The notes below the pieces were generated by a model that had not been told where the DNA came from, ran no database searches, and saw nothing but the letters and a program-made list of their open reading frames with translations. A stretch of 64,000 nucleotides of DNA from Chiloscyllium plagiosum. Lineage: Eukaryota. The DNA lies in NCBI RefSeq assembly GCF_004010195.1, contig NC_057719.1, positions 69,299,193 through 69,363,192 on the forward strand. Direction: 5' to 3'. The translations under genes were made by a program, and so were the position numbers. This document shows positions 63,137-64,000 of this stretch, piece by piece; within the stretch, counting starts at the first letter, position 1; each line of letters begins with the position of its first letter.

Positions 63137-63532
63137 CAGCTGAGGCTCAGTTGGTAGCACTTTCCCAGATCCTGGAAGGCTGTGGTCTTGGATCCAAAGG
63201 CAGAAGAGAGTAAAATTAAACCTGACAGCTCAGCACAGAAAAGAGGCAGTGCTGCAATGCCCAAGTATTATCTTTTGGATGAGATATTAAATAGAAACCC
63301 AGTTTGCACTCTCAGATAGCTATAAAATAGCTATAAAACATACTATGGCATTGACAACTAGTCGTCATCTCCAGTATCCTGTTAATATTTATCAATGTCA
63401 CGAACAGATGATCTGGTTATATTATATTACTGTTTGTGGTGCACGAATTGGCTGTGTTTCCTACAATGCAGCAGTCTCTGTAAAGCACTTTGGAATGTCC
63501 CGAGGTTCTGAAAGGTATCATACAAATTTAAA
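63137..63532 (+). mobile_element. SacSINE1-like DeuSINE
   Basis: cagctgaggctcagttggtagcact head; tcttttggatgagatattaaa; gatgatctggttatattatattactgtttgtgg..aattggctg..gtaaagcactttggaatgtcccgagg..gaaaggt. Confidence 0.65.
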
Positions 63533-64000
63533 TCAGTAACAATTAATGTTTTTACAATCTCTTCTGCAAATGTTCTCTGCTGGATTTCAGAAAGGAGGGA
63601 AGAGAAATGAAGGAAAATTTAATTTTTAGAATAAATAAAGCTTAAAAAGTGCCAACTTGCTTACCCGCAATACCTCTCATTGCTAAGTTTAATTTATTCA
63701 ATATTTTGTATAACTGAATTTAATGACTTCGTTGAGTACAAAAAAAATCCTATGACAACTATAATTTCACTCCATTGCTGGATAAAGAGTAATGCGTGTA
63801 CGTCAACTTTGCAACATAGTGATGCAGCAGAAAAGTTAACTGCACTGCAGACAAATTCACCATGAATGATATATCTGCTGCAGATAACGTAAACTGTATT
63901 TTAATGCAATGCTACCAGTGACAAAATAAAACTTGATTACTCATTTGTCAGTGCAACTCAACTTAGCATGTAAAACTCAAATTTATTTTAAGATGAAACC

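Overview
Eukaryotic, repeat-rich genomic window from a cartilaginous fish. The inference rests on HE1-type V-SINEs, HER1/CR1 LINEs and SacSINE1-like DeuSINEs; a carpet/bamboo shark is a guess. There are three N-gaps. Two host genes end tail-to-tail. (i) On the + strand are the last two coding exons (2901-2955, 11027-11170) of an unidentified gene ending in a SAM domain and a PDZ-type motif (..TYV*). (ii) On the - strand are the last two coding exons of STXBP6/amisyn (60386-60543, 44704-44727) with a ~1 kb 3'UTR. Most other recognisable sequence is transposon-derived: CR1 LINEs, several Penelope-like element (PLE) families, a Tx1 LINE split by a solo LTR, SINEs, TA-flanked MITEs and a probable Harbinger relic. 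The strongest hidden signal is a recurrent minimal hammerhead ribozyme motif (CTGANGA-N-stem-GAAACGTC) in PLE termini and in short fold-back PLE derivatives flanked by 12-15 bp target-site duplications (TSDs). One intact-core copy sits in sense orientation inside the presumptive 3'UTR of the SAM gene. Other oddities are a 75-bp duplicated enhancer-like module, a ~190-bp duplication bracketing the amisyn SNARE exon, and a microhomology-mediated CR1 ORF1/ORF2 inversion junction. All family names come from recall of motifs, not database searches; repeat boundaries are approximate unless a TSD is given.
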